Source: Candidatus Omnitrophota bacterium (lineage in GTDB: Bacteria; Omnitrophota; Gorgyraeia; Pluralincolimonadales; Pluralincolimonadaceae). Taken from it: DNA of 64,000 nucleotides. Where the stretch lies: contig JBAZJG010000002.1 in NCBI GenBank assembly GCA_041651455.1, forward strand, positions 49,431 to 113,430. Reading direction: 5' to 3'. The notes below the pieces were generated by a model. The model did not search any database. It was not told where the DNA came from and was given only the letters and a program-made list of their open reading frames with translations. Of this stretch, positions 1 through 8,400 are shown one piece after another (the stretch's first letter is position 1; each line of letters begins with the position of its first letter). The translations under genes and the position numbers were made by a program.

Positions 1-125
1 TCCGAAGTGTGCGCAGTTTTTTTGGCGAGAACGCCAAAAAAACAAGCGTTTACACGAGGAGAATGCTTTCACAAAATAGGAATTTACAGGCATGACAACC
101 ACTCATTACCGGTTCGTCACCATTG

Positions 126-158
126 ATACCTCACCCAATGTTTGGGTGAGGTATTTTA
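126..158 (+). terminator. Rho-independent terminator-like hairpin (12-bp stem atacctcaccca/tgggtgaggtat, 5-nt loop, then TTTT)
   Basis: Perfect inverted repeat read directly from the sequence, followed by a T-run. It lies immediately upstream of the AT-rich island. Confidence 0.6.
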
Positions 159-198
159 ATAAATTAGATAATTGCAGAAGTAAACGGAGGACCTAAAA

Positions 199-765
199 AT
201 GACAATTGATTGGTTAGCGGTTGCAACAATTGCAGCCCCAATTATTGCACTTTTTATCGGTGTCGCTATAGATCGATTTATCGAACAAAAACCAAAACTT
301 ATTGCATATTATACGCATGCTTCTGCTTTTAATACTGCCGGAAATAATCCAATAACTATTCATACTCATGGTATTATAATCAAGAATATTGGCAGAAAAT
401 CAGCAATGGATGTTCGAGTAAGGCATAATATTCTTCCTCAGAATTATAAAGTATATCCAATAGTTGATCATCATGTTCAAAATTTACCAGGCGGTGGATC
501 TGAAATTGTGTTTCCGATACTTGTTCAAAATGAGCAAGTATCGATATCTTATCTATATTTCCCGCCCCTAATATATAATCAAATTCACGCTGGTATTCGA
601 CACAGCGAGGGTTTTGCTTCTGAAGTCGCTGTTCTACCGACCCCACAATATCCAGATTGGATGAGAAGAGGGCTATATGTATTACTTATTTTGGGAAGCA
701 TCACATTCATATACATGTTTATTAAAGGGTGCTGTGTCGTAATAAAGTTACTAGCAAATATATAG
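199..765 (+). CDS. Hypothetical membrane protein (N- and C-terminal TM helices, beta-rich middle); island gene 1
   Basis: ORF with a GGAGG Shine-Dalgarno. Hydrophobic N-terminus (WLAVATIAAPIIALFIGVAI) and C-terminus (LYVLLILGSITFIYMFI). About 30% GC. Confidence 0.5.
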   Translation: MTIDWLAVATIAAPIIALFIGVAIDRFIEQKPKLIAYYTHASAFNTAGNNPITIHTHGIIIKNIGRKSAMDVRVRHNILPQNYKVYPIVDHHVQNLPGGGSEIVFPILVQNEQVSISYLYFPPLIYNQIHAGIRHSEGFASEVAVLPTPQYPDWMRRGLYVLLILGSITFIYMFIKGCCVVIKLLANI

Positions 766-806
766 GTACTAATAACGTAAGAAAATATAAAAATATCTAA
801 AATAAA

Positions 807-815
807 TGCTATAAT
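807..815 (+). promoter_or_regulatory. Extended -10 element TGcTATAAT upstream of island gene 2
   Basis: Exact TGnTATAAT match 23 nt upstream of the ATG at 838. Confidence 0.4.
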
Positions 816-837
816 ATAGAATATAAAAGAGGTAGTT

Positions 838-1221
838 ATGCAATCGCAATTCGCTTTTCTCTGCGACGCAGTAAATATAACACAAAATAATCTTTTTAAT
901 GTATTGGGAGGCGGAATTGAAAAATTTCATCTATCGCAGTTACCACAAAATAGACCAGTAGCTTTACTACTTAGAATTGAATATAATCCAATTACAGAGA
1001 ACGGAGATCATGTAATTGAAATAAGAATAATAGATTGTGATGGGCAAAATAAAATCTCTCCCGCCTTATTAAATGTTAGTTTTCCGCCGCAGGTAAGAAC
1101 ATTTAATATCGTAACCAACATGATTCCAAGGTTTGACAGATACGGAATGCATAGCGTTGAAGTGGCCGTAGACCGACATCATATAGTATCCATTCCTTTA
1201 AACGTTATAGAAAGAATCTAA
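838..1221 (+). CDS. Hypothetical protein (127 aa, beta-rich); island gene 2
   Basis: ORF with an AGAGG Shine-Dalgarno. AT-rich codon usage. No recognisable family. Confidence 0.5.
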   Translation: MQSQFAFLCDAVNITQNNLFNVLGGGIEKFHLSQLPQNRPVALLLRIEYNPITENGDHVIEIRIIDCDGQNKISPALLNVSFPPQVRTFNIVTNMIPRFDRYGMHSVEVAVDRHHIVSIPLNVIERI

Positions 1222-1276
1222 ATATTGCACATTTAAGGGCAATTACGTATTAATAAGAAGGGACAAGGAGGATTAG

Positions 1277-2041
1277 ATGGCTATAAAAGAGGTATTTATG
1301 AACCCAACCGTAAAAGAAGTAATATTTCAGATTCGATTTCCTAATTTGTTTTATATAGAAAATAAGATTGGCGAGATACAAACTAGAATTATGGAGAAAT
1401 TTCCAAAATCTGCACTCTTATTTAGAAGAAAATTACTTTTTGCTGATGTTGGCCCGGAAGGAAAAATCGAGGAAATTCCTTCAGTAGAAGGGCAGGGGAA
1501 GAAAATATGGAGGTTTAATTCAGATAATAATTTTCAGCTTAATATCTTAAGTGATTCATTGGACATTACTTCAAGCTATCACAAAACCTATAATCTTGGA
1601 GATGGCGACAAATTCAGAGATATCATAAAATATGTTATGGATAATTTTCTTGCCGTTGTGTCTTTACCTATAATTAATCGTATAGGATTACGATATGTTG
1701 ATGAATGTCCTGTGTTAGAAAAGACTAATTCAACATTTGCAAAATGGTATAACACCGCATTTCCATTAAGTAGATTTAGTATTGATAATGCAATAGAAAT
1801 GAGCTTTAATACAACCCTAAAACGATCAGAATATTGTATTCGTTATGTAGAGTCGTTAGCAAAGCATAAAAATAAGGAAGAATATAAATTAGTTCTTGAT
1901 TATGATGGATACGCGGTAAATATAAAGTCCAGCGAATATTTAAAAACTACGGATGAGCTTCATGATTTAATATCAAATGAATATGAAAACACCATTAAGG
2001 AGCCAGTGTACGAATATATGAGACATAAAAAGGAGGAATGA
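1277..2041 (+). CDS. Hypothetical protein, possibly TIGR04255-family-like (254 aa); island gene 3
   Basis: ORF with an AGGAGG Shine-Dalgarno. The N-terminal motif VKEVIFQIRFP recalls the (I/V)xEA(V/I)FE(L/I)RF start of TIGR04255 proteins, and the 250-260 aa length fits. This is from memory and was not checked against any database. Confidence 0.5.
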   Translation: MAIKEVFMNPTVKEVIFQIRFPNLFYIENKIGEIQTRIMEKFPKSALLFRRKLLFADVGPEGKIEEIPSVEGQGKKIWRFNSDNNFQLNILSDSLDITSSYHKTYNLGDGDKFRDIIKYVMDNFLAVVSLPIINRIGLRYVDECPVLEKTNSTFAKWYNTAFPLSRFSIDNAIEMSFNTTLKRSEYCIRYVESLAKHKNKEEYKLVLDYDGYAVNIKSSEYLKTTDELHDLISNEYENTIKEPVYEYMRHKKEE

Positions 2042-2044
2042 CAA

Positions 2045-2290
2045 ATGAATTATATAGATCAAGACATTGCGTATGGTATTAATGATAACGATGGAACTGG
2101 TAGTCATGACGACCAAATTGATTATAGGGTAGTATCCTATCCGTTTGATAGATATGAAATTAAAATTAAGATATCTAAGAATAATGAATTTTTAGGAATA
2201 GAGGAGGTTGGAATAAATAAAGAGTTCATGTCTTATCGGCAAAAATTATCTGTTAAGGGAGTGCACGATATTGATGAATTTTATAAGTAA
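2045..2290 (+). CDS. Hypothetical small acidic protein (81 aa); island gene 4
   Basis: ORF with an AGGAGG Shine-Dalgarno, starting 4 nt after the preceding stop (translationally coupled). Confidence 0.4.
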   Translation: MNYIDQDIAYGINDNDGTGSHDDQIDYRVVSYPFDRYEIKIKISKNNEFLGIEEVGINKEFMSYRQKLSVKGVHDIDEFYK

Positions 2291-2301
2291 TATGAAAAAC
2301 A

Positions 2302-2952
2302 ATGTTTTACTCAGATAAATGTGATAAAGAATTAAGATTCGGAGATGTATTAAAGGGCTTTATTTCAACAACGCCTTTCATTAAAGAGCCTATATTAAAG
2401 ATACCCCACAACGACTATAAAATAGATATTCAACTTCCAAGTTATTGTGTTGTATTGTCCCCCTGCTGCTCTATAAAAAAAAATAAAATTGATAAACAAA
2501 TATTGTTATCTCCGCTTATTCAAATTATCCCATCATTTTTTAATAACCAATATTTTATAGACGATTTAACGCGGATTAATCGAACAATGAATCCAGAGCA
2601 GACAGTAGCGAGGCATACATGGGAAGCATTGCCTACTGAGCAGAAACAGAAACGCTTAGAAAAAGGTGCAGGATATGCTTTTATAGAGTTATTTATATAT
2701 GAACCAAATGACTATTTCCCAAAGTATATTGTTAATAGGAAAGAGGGGAATATAGAGACAGGTTATTATATGATTGATTTTGGGAATACCTATAAAATTA
2801 ATTGTGAAGCATTGCAGGAAGGGCAGGAGGAAACCTTACTCGAGGCTAAATTGTGGCAACTATCCGTTAAGTCCAGACAAGAGCTGCGAGATAAAATTAC
2901 TTGTTATTATGGTAGAATTCCAGAAGAAGACAAAGCATTGATGGGAGACTAA
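2302..2952 (+). CDS. Hypothetical protein (216 aa); island gene 5
   Basis: ORF 12 nt after the previous stop, same strand, AT-rich. It carries Cys motifs (SPCCSIKK); no family recognised. Confidence 0.5.
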   Translation: MFYSDKCDKELRFGDVLKGFISTTPFIKEPILKIPHNDYKIDIQLPSYCVVLSPCCSIKKNKIDKQILLSPLIQIIPSFFNNQYFIDDLTRINRTMNPEQTVARHTWEALPTEQKQKRLEKGAGYAFIELFIYEPNDYFPKYIVNRKEGNIETGYYMIDFGNTYKINCEALQEGQEETLLEAKLWQLSVKSRQELRDKITCYYGRIPEEDKALMGD

Positions 2953-3141
2953 TTAGTATAATTATGTATATGATGGCGGATTCCCGCCATATGTACGCTC
3001 GCGCGGAGAGTTAAACGAAGTATTGTTATTCTCATCCGATTAATTCCATGCACCTTAAAACAAAGTCGCACTCTTGACTACACCAGTATCGGCATTGGCA
3101 AAGGTATAACTCACGAAATCTTAGACTAAGGAAGGCATAAA

Positions 3142-3555
3142 ATGAAAATAGTAAGAATACTCATCGCCGCAATAGCACTTTCGATCTTCGGCTTAATTAT
3201 CGGGGCAGTCACCTGCGGAGGCGTGTTCAATTGGGTATATAAGCTCGAGCCGACAAACGTCTGGAAGCCGATGGACGGCCCGCCGGGTATGGTATATCAC
3301 GTAGCCGGATTCATACTCAACGTAATACTCGCGGCTGTCTACGCTTTATTCCGTAAGGGCCTTCCCGGCAAGAACAGGCTGGTCAAGGGTCTTGTTTTCG
3401 GGTTATGCGTCTGGGCCGTCGGCATGCTGCCGGGAATGTTCGCGACATATTATTTCATGACGGTGGCTACCGAAGTCGTTATCTACTGGACTATACTGGG
3501 CCTGGTTGAATACCCCATCATGGGGCTGATAATCGCCGCCATATACGGCGAGTAG
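3142..3555 (+). CDS. Hypothetical integral membrane protein (4 predicted TM)
   Basis: ORF with GC-rich host-like codon usage and four hydrophobic segments. Confidence 0.5.
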   Translation: MKIVRILIAAIALSIFGLIIGAVTCGGVFNWVYKLEPTNVWKPMDGPPGMVYHVAGFILNVILAAVYALFRKGLPGKNRLVKGLVFGLCVWAVGMLPGMFATYYFMTVATEVVIYWTILGLVEYPIMGLIIAAIYGE

Positions 3556-3576
3556 GGAAAACCGAAAGGAGTACTA

Positions 3577-4146
3577 ATGTTCAGGAAAGCGGCATTATTT
3601 ATATTATTGGTAATGATGTTGGTCCCGATGTCGGTGCGCGCCGAGGAAAAACCCTTCCAGCTCGCGGTGGTAAATCCTCTCCAGCTCGTGCCGGAAGACC
3701 AGTCCATTAAAGGCGTAGGCCTCAACCTGCTCTACGGCTCCAATGAGAACTTCAGCGGCATAGACATCGGCCTCATAAACCACGTCAAGAGCCGCGCCAT
3801 CGGCCTGCAGTGGGGCGCCGCGAACGTGACGGAAGGCGATCTCAGCGGCATCCAGCTCGGTTTCGTGAACTGGACGACGGGCTACATGCACGGCGTGCAG
3901 CTTGGCGGACTGAACTTCTCGCAAGGCGACTCGCGCGGCATAGAGTGGGGCATAATGAACTACAGCAAGGACAGCTTCGGCGGGTTCCAGGGCGGTTTTT
4001 TCAACTACGCGGGTGAGATGCACGGCCTGCAGTTCGGCGTGATCAACGCGACGAAGAACCTCGACGGCCTCCAGATAGGCCTCGCGAACTACAACGGCAA
4101 CAAGAAGCCGATGGAGTTTATGGTATTGGTCAACTGGTCGTTCTAA
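3577..4146 (+). CDS. Secreted repeat protein (signal peptide plus about 8 tandem 15-aa xGxxxGxQxGxxNxx repeats)
   Basis: Signal peptide MFRKAALFILLVMMLVPMSVRA. Periodic G(I/V/L)Q(L/I/F)G...N(W/Y/F/A) units visible in the translation. Confidence 0.6.
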   Translation: MFRKAALFILLVMMLVPMSVRAEEKPFQLAVVNPLQLVPEDQSIKGVGLNLLYGSNENFSGIDIGLINHVKSRAIGLQWGAANVTEGDLSGIQLGFVNWTTGYMHGVQLGGLNFSQGDSRGIEWGIMNYSKDSFGGFQGGFFNYAGEMHGLQFGVINATKNLDGLQIGLANYNGNKKPMEFMVLVNWSF

Positions 4147-4158
4147 AAGGATGATACA

Positions 4159-4671
4159 ATGAAAAAGATCAAGGTTAAGATAGCAACGACCTTCGTATTT
4201 ATTGCGGTATTACTGATCTTGTGCTCAAATCTCCTTCGGGCAGAAGGCCTTGGGAGCCGCTTGGCAAACATTAAGACGCTTGAGGGTTATACGCTAAAGG
4301 CTGAATCCGACCGCGGGTGCTCGTATTACAATGAAAAGGAAGGAACTACGCTGATCATCGGGCTTGCCGGCGCTGACAAACAGGGATTCTCAAAACAGTT
4401 GCAGGATAAAAAGTTCGTAAAAGGGCTTATTGACGGCCAGGAGGACACTGGCAGGATAAAGATCGAAAGCCATAAGGTCATAGAGATTGAAAAGATCCCG
4501 ACTGTTGAATTTTCGGGAAAAATAGATGTTTCAGGGGGCGGGAGATGGTTGCCCGAAAGAAAGATCATATTTTCCAAAAGCGGACAGATATACAATATTT
4601 CCTTGATCGGGCCAAAAGAATATATAGAAAATCAAACGAACTTGTTAATCGAGATTGCGCAAAAGCTGTAG
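4159..4671 (+). CDS. Hypothetical secreted protein
   Basis: ORF with an N-terminal signal-like hydrophobic segment. Confidence 0.45.
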   Translation: MKKIKVKIATTFVFIAVLLILCSNLLRAEGLGSRLANIKTLEGYTLKAESDRGCSYYNEKEGTTLIIGLAGADKQGFSKQLQDKKFVKGLIDGQEDTGRIKIESHKVIEIEKIPTVEFSGKIDVSGGGRWLPERKIIFSKSGQIYNISLIGPKEYIENQTNLLIEIAQKL

Positions 4672-4683
4672 GGGGCGCATGCC

Positions 4684-4875
4684 GTGAAAAAAGCGGCCTT
4701 TGGAACACTATGGTTCATAATACTGCTTATCCTCGTTCCTCACCCTAACGTTGATGATTATGAGTATGCCAGGCTTGCAGGAAGGGTCGTAATAAACCTT
4801 GCTTTATTACCGGTGCTTATAGTGACGATAATGCTTGTTAAAAAGGGGAAATTGCCTGGAACAGGCTCAAAATAA
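4684..4875 (+). CDS. Small hypothetical membrane protein (63 aa)
   Basis: Short ORF with two hydrophobic segments; weak support. Confidence 0.3.
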   Translation: MKKAAFGTLWFIILLILVPHPNVDDYEYARLAGRVVINLALLPVLIVTIMLVKKGKLPGTGSK

Positions 4876-4958
4876 TAGTTATTGCAGTAGCCCCTAATTT
4901 GAGGTAAAATCTTTCCAATAGGGCGGCCGATCGTCGGCGCCTTAAAAAAGGAGGAAAC

Positions 4959-5129
4959 ATGGGGTACCAGGGTGGTGGCGGTGGTGGCGGATTCGGTGGG
5001 CCGAGGGAAATGCACAAGGCGACATGCGCGGACTGCAAAAAAGAATGCGAAGTCCCGTTCAAGCCGAGGGATGACCGTCCCGTGTATTGCAAGGACTGCT
5101 TCTCGAAGCGCAAGAACGAAGGACGTTAA
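4959..5129 (+). CDS. Small Gly-rich zinc-ribbon protein (56 aa; CxxC-x17-CxxC), missing from the ORF track
   Basis: ATG at 4959 with an AAGGAGG Shine-Dalgarno. Translation is MGYQGGGGGGGFGGPREMHKATCADCKKECEVPFKPRDDRPVYCKDCFSKRKNEGR, stop TAA at 5127-5129. A strong terminator follows. Confidence 0.6.
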   Translation: MGYQGGGGGGGFGGPREMHKATCADCKKECEVPFKPRDDRPVYCKDCFSKRKNEGR

Positions 5130-5160
5130 CGATACGCTGTTAATCAGCGAATAACAGGAT

Positions 5161-5196
5161 CCCCCTGCAATTAAAAGTTGCAGGGGGATTTTGTTT
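5161..5196 (+). terminator. Rho-independent terminator (10-bp GC-rich stem ccccctgcaa/ttgcaggggg, 7-nt loop, T-rich tail)
   Basis: Perfect hairpin read from the sequence, followed by ATTTTGTTTG. Confidence 0.8.
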
Positions 5197-5213
5197 GCGG
5201 TAAAATCAATACA

Positions 5214-6437
5214 ATGGAAAAAGGCAACGGTGTATCTTTTATCGACCGTATAACGGTCTCCCTGCTCGTGGTCGGAGGCATAATCGGCGCCGGGATACTC
5301 GCACTTCCCGTCAATACCGGCCTCGCGGGCTTCATCCCGTCACTGCTGAACCTGCTGCTCTTCGGCGCGGGCATGTTCTTTACCGCGAACGTGCTGGCGA
5401 GGGAAGCCGTGCTCGAGAAGACGGATAACTTCAACTACCCGAGCATGTACCGCAAATACCTCGGCGTGACCGGCAAGTGGGTGGCGACCGGCGCGAACCT
5501 CTTTTTGCTCTACGGACTGCTCGTCGCCTATATCACCGGCGGCTCCACGATAATATCGAACCTCTTCAATATCCCCGCGGAATACTACAGGCCGGTGACG
5601 ATAGGGTTCTTCTTCATCCTCGTGGGAATAATAGCGATGGGTTTGGGCGTTATCGTAAAGATAAACGCCGTATTCACGGTGCTGATGTTCACGACGTTCA
5701 TCGCGATAGTCGCGATGGGCATCCCGCACGTGAAGGCGCAGAACCTGACATACAAGGACCTGCAGTTCCTGCCGTGCACGGTGCCGATAATCGTGACCGC
5801 GTTCAATTTCCACAACGTGATACCTACCGTCTGCAAGTCGCTGAAATGGGACATCCTGCTTATCCTGAAGACGATACTCATCGGGATGGCCATCGGCTGC
5901 GCCATGTACGCGCTGTGGATGTTCGTCGGGATAGGCGCGTTGCCGGTGGAGGGAGGGGACGCGAGCCTTATCTTTGCCTTCGATAACAACCTGCCCGCTA
6001 CAATACCGCTGTCAAGGATGGTAGATAACGGGGCATTCCTCGTTATCGCGATGGTGTTTTCGCTGGTCGCGCTGAGCGCCTCATGCATAGCCAACAGCAC
6101 GGGCCTGCTCGCGTTCGTGGAAGACCTTATGTCGAATACGTTCGGCGTGCATAACAGGATGCTTTGCGTGGTCATCGCCTTTATCCCGCCGCTCATCATA
6201 TCGCTGATATTCCACGGCATCTTCCTTAAGGCGCTCAATATCGTCGGCGGCTTCGGCATAATCCTGCTGTTCGGCATACTGCCGAGCGTCATCGCGATAT
6301 CGAAGACGAAGGGCTGGCGGCGGGAGGTCGCGTTCCTGATAATGCTGGTCTTCCTCGCGTCATTCGTCTTCGAGATATTCCAGGAGACGGGGCTCTTGAG
6401 GATCAGGCCCGAGGTGGAGTACTACAAGGGCAATTGA
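5214..6437 (+). CDS. Amino acid permease (HAAAP/AAAP-type, about 11 TM)
   Basis: GIIGAGILALPVNTGLAGF motif and polytopic membrane profile. The ATG at 5214 is preferred over the track's TTG at 5178, which lies inside the terminator stem. Confidence 0.7.
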   Translation: MEKGNGVSFIDRITVSLLVVGGIIGAGILALPVNTGLAGFIPSLLNLLLFGAGMFFTANVLAREAVLEKTDNFNYPSMYRKYLGVTGKWVATGANLFLLYGLLVAYITGGSTIISNLFNIPAEYYRPVTIGFFFILVGIIAMGLGVIVKINAVFTVLMFTTFIAIVAMGIPHVKAQNLTYKDLQFLPCTVPIIVTAFNFHNVIPTVCKSLKWDILLILKTILIGMAIGCAMYALWMFVGIGALPVEGGDASLIFAFDNNLPATIPLSRMVDNGAFLVIAMVFSLVALSASCIANSTGLLAFVEDLMSNTFGVHNRMLCVVIAFIPPLIISLIFHGIFLKALNIVGGFGIILLFGILPSVIAISKTKGWRREVAFLIMLVFLASFVFEIFQETGLLRIRPEVEYYKGN

Positions 6438-6448
6438 GCGGCGAAGGC

Positions 6449-7750
6449 CTATGCGCGGCCGCTGCGCGAGGATTTTTCCTGCAGTATCTTTACTACCATC
6501 GGGTCCACCCCGAACATCCCCCTAAGCGAGACCATGCTGAGGTTGGCTATCGTCTCTTCCGGGGACTTGCCTAATACGCCGTCCTCCACGGATATCCCGT
6601 AACCAGCCAAAGCCATGAAAGCCGAGCGCATAGCCGTCTCGGCGCCGGTGACTATCTTCATCGAGCAGCCGGGCTTCGCGCCGTCGCAGATCATGCCGGT
6701 AAGGTCGCTGGCGACGTTATCCATCGCAAACGATATCTTCTTCATATCTATGCCGGCCTTCTGGTAGACGAGGGCTATCGCCGTAGAGATGCTGGCGGCT
6801 ATCGCGCAGCCGCAGATCACGGAGAGTTCGCCGAGGAAACATTTTATGTAGGAATTCACCGCGTGGCTTATCGCGATGCTCTCCTCGATGCGCGCCGGGT
6901 CGATCTTTTGGTCAGTCCCGACAAGGTAGGGGACTAATATCGTCAGCGCGCCCTGGTTGCCCGAACCGCCGGAAGTCATTACGGGTTCAGGCATGCCGCC
7001 CATTCGCGCGTCTACGGCGGCAGCGACGCGGATCTTGACCCTGTTAAAGAGATCGTTGCCAAGGAGGCCGCCCTTTACCATCTGCTCTATCTGGTAGCCG
7101 GTCCTCTTCATTCCGATGCCTTTTTCGGATATCGCCATGTTCATCTCGATGCCGCGGCGGATATGCGCGCGCATGCTTTCATCGAGTTTTACCGCCTCGC
7201 GCAGGACCTCCTCGAGCTTCATCTTCCTGAGGATGTCGTGGTGGTCCTTGGCTTTCTTGCCGGCGTGCGGGTGCGCGGCCAGGATCGACTTGCCCTCCTT
7301 TTCGAGGCAGGTAATGTTCGTGTGCCCTTCCGAGACGATGCAATGCACGCGGGAGCCGCCGCCTTCGGCGTATACCTCGACATGGAAGCTCTTTTCGTCC
7401 TCCTTGCAGGAATATTCTATAGCGCCTTTATTTATGAGTTCGCGCGCTTTTTTAAGCGTGTCGGGCGGGACCTCTTTAAGTATCTCGAGCCGCAGGGACG
7501 ATCTGGCGATGACCGCTCCGAGCGCCGCGGCTATCACATTGCCTTTCTCTCCGCCGCTGTTCGGGATAGTGACCGCCGCGCCGTTTTTGAACGTGCCGGC
7601 GTCTACGATGAGCTCGAGTTTTTCAACGGGCGCTTTCAGCTGCTCGACGGCCGCAGCCGCCGCGTAAGCGCAGGAGATCGGTTCGGTGCATCCGATGGCG
7701 GGGAAGACCTCGTTCGCGAATATCTCGTTGAGAAGATCTGTGTTTTTCAT
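6449..7750 (-). CDS. UPF0597/YhaM-family protein (serine dehydratase-like, L-cysteine desulfidase family)
   Basis: N-terminal EVFPAIGCTEPISCAYAAAAA and the overall length match the YhaM family. Confidence 0.75.
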   Translation of the reverse strand: MKNTDLLNEIFANEVFPAIGCTEPISCAYAAAAAVEQLKAPVEKLELIVDAGTFKNGAAVTIPNSGGEKGNVIAAALGAVIARSSLRLEILKEVPPDTLKKARELINKGAIEYSCKEDEKSFHVEVYAEGGGSRVHCIVSEGHTNITCLEKEGKSILAAHPHAGKKAKDHHDILRKMKLEEVLREAVKLDESMRAHIRRGIEMNMAISEKGIGMKRTGYQIEQMVKGGLLGNDLFNRVKIRVAAAVDARMGGMPEPVMTSGGSGNQGALTILVPYLVGTDQKIDPARIEESIAISHAVNSYIKCFLGELSVICGCAIAASISTAIALVYQKAGIDMKKISFAMDNVASDLTGMICDGAKPGCSMKIVTGAETAMRSAFMALAGYGISVEDGVLGKSPEETIANLSMVSLRGMFGVDPMVVKILQEKSSRSGRA

Positions 7751-7795
7751 GATTAAACTTTATCACGGGGAAAATTTTACGTCAAGGGAAGAAAG

Positions 7796-7804
7796 TGGTA
7801 TAAT
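7796..7804 (+). promoter_or_regulatory. Extended -10 promoter TGgTATAAT; near-leaderless start for the FMN reductase gene
   Basis: Exact TGnTATAAT match; the ATG at 7816 is only 11 nt downstream of the -10 hexamer. Confidence 0.5.
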
Positions 7805-7815
7805 CTGGAACTACG

Positions 7816-8388
7816 ATGGCAAAGAAAATACTCATCCTCAACGGAAGCCCAAAGAGGGGCGGGAATACCGAAATACTCGCCGGATGGTTCGCCGAAGGCG
7901 CGCGCTCAAAAAGCGAGGCGGTAGAGACCGTTCGCGTCGCGCCGCTGAAGTATAAAATCAGCGGATGCACGTCCTGCAGGAAGTGCCAGGAGATAAAAGA
8001 GTATGTATGCGTGATCAAGGACGACGCACGTCCCGTCCTGAGAAAAATGGCGAAAGCGGATGTTATAGTATTCGCGACGCCGCTTTATTTCTACGGGCCG
8101 AGCGCCCAGCTGAAAGTGCTGATAGACCGCATGTTCTCGCTCTATAAATGGGACAACGCGACCGACACTTACGAGTCACCTTTGAGGGGCAAGACGATGG
8201 TCCTGCTGTTGAGCGCGTATGAGGATGTCGGCCTGAAGAACGTGGAAGAGATGTTCAGGATAATAGCAGATTACAGCGAGATGAAGTTCTATTCCCTCCT
8301 CGTGCCGGATGCCCGCGAATCCGGTGATATCCTGAAGCTGAAAGGTGTCCGCGAAAAGGCCGCGGCCCTCGGGAAGAGAATGGCCTAA
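7816..8388 (+). CDS. NADPH-dependent FMN reductase / flavodoxin-like iron-sulfur flavoprotein
   Basis: KILILNGSPKRGGNTEIL and ADVIVFATPLYFYGPSAQLKVLIDR motifs, typical of FMN_red. Confidence 0.8.
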   Translation: MAKKILILNGSPKRGGNTEILAGWFAEGARSKSEAVETVRVAPLKYKISGCTSCRKCQEIKEYVCVIKDDARPVLRKMAKADVIVFATPLYFYGPSAQLKVLIDRMFSLYKWDNATDTYESPLRGKTMVLLLSAYEDVGLKNVEEMFRIIADYSEMKFYSLLVPDARESGDILKLKGVREKAAALGKRMA

Positions 8389-8400
8389 GCGCCTTACCAG

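Noticed and set aside
17-42. Palindrome tttttttggcg-agaa-cgccaaaaaaa near the window start; possible att site or bidirectional terminator
   Set aside because: Only a 4-bp GC core. There is no matching direct repeat at the right island boundary (2953-3141), so I could not support an attachment-site interpretation.
2973-2990. Hairpin atggcgg-attc-ccgccat after island gene 5
   Set aside because: Only a 7-bp stem and no U-tract. It may simply mark the AT/GC junction; not called as a terminator.
4876-4958. Imperfect GC hairpin gggcggccgatcgtcggcgcc followed by an A-run, upstream of the zinc-ribbon ORF
   Set aside because: The stem is bulged and it is followed by A's rather than T's on the coding strand. 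Not convincing as a terminator.
5178-5213. Track start (TTG) of the permease at 5178
   Set aside because: It lies inside the stem of the terminator at 5161-5196 and adds MQGDFVCGKINT before a clean ATG (5214) that begins the hydrophobic N-terminus.
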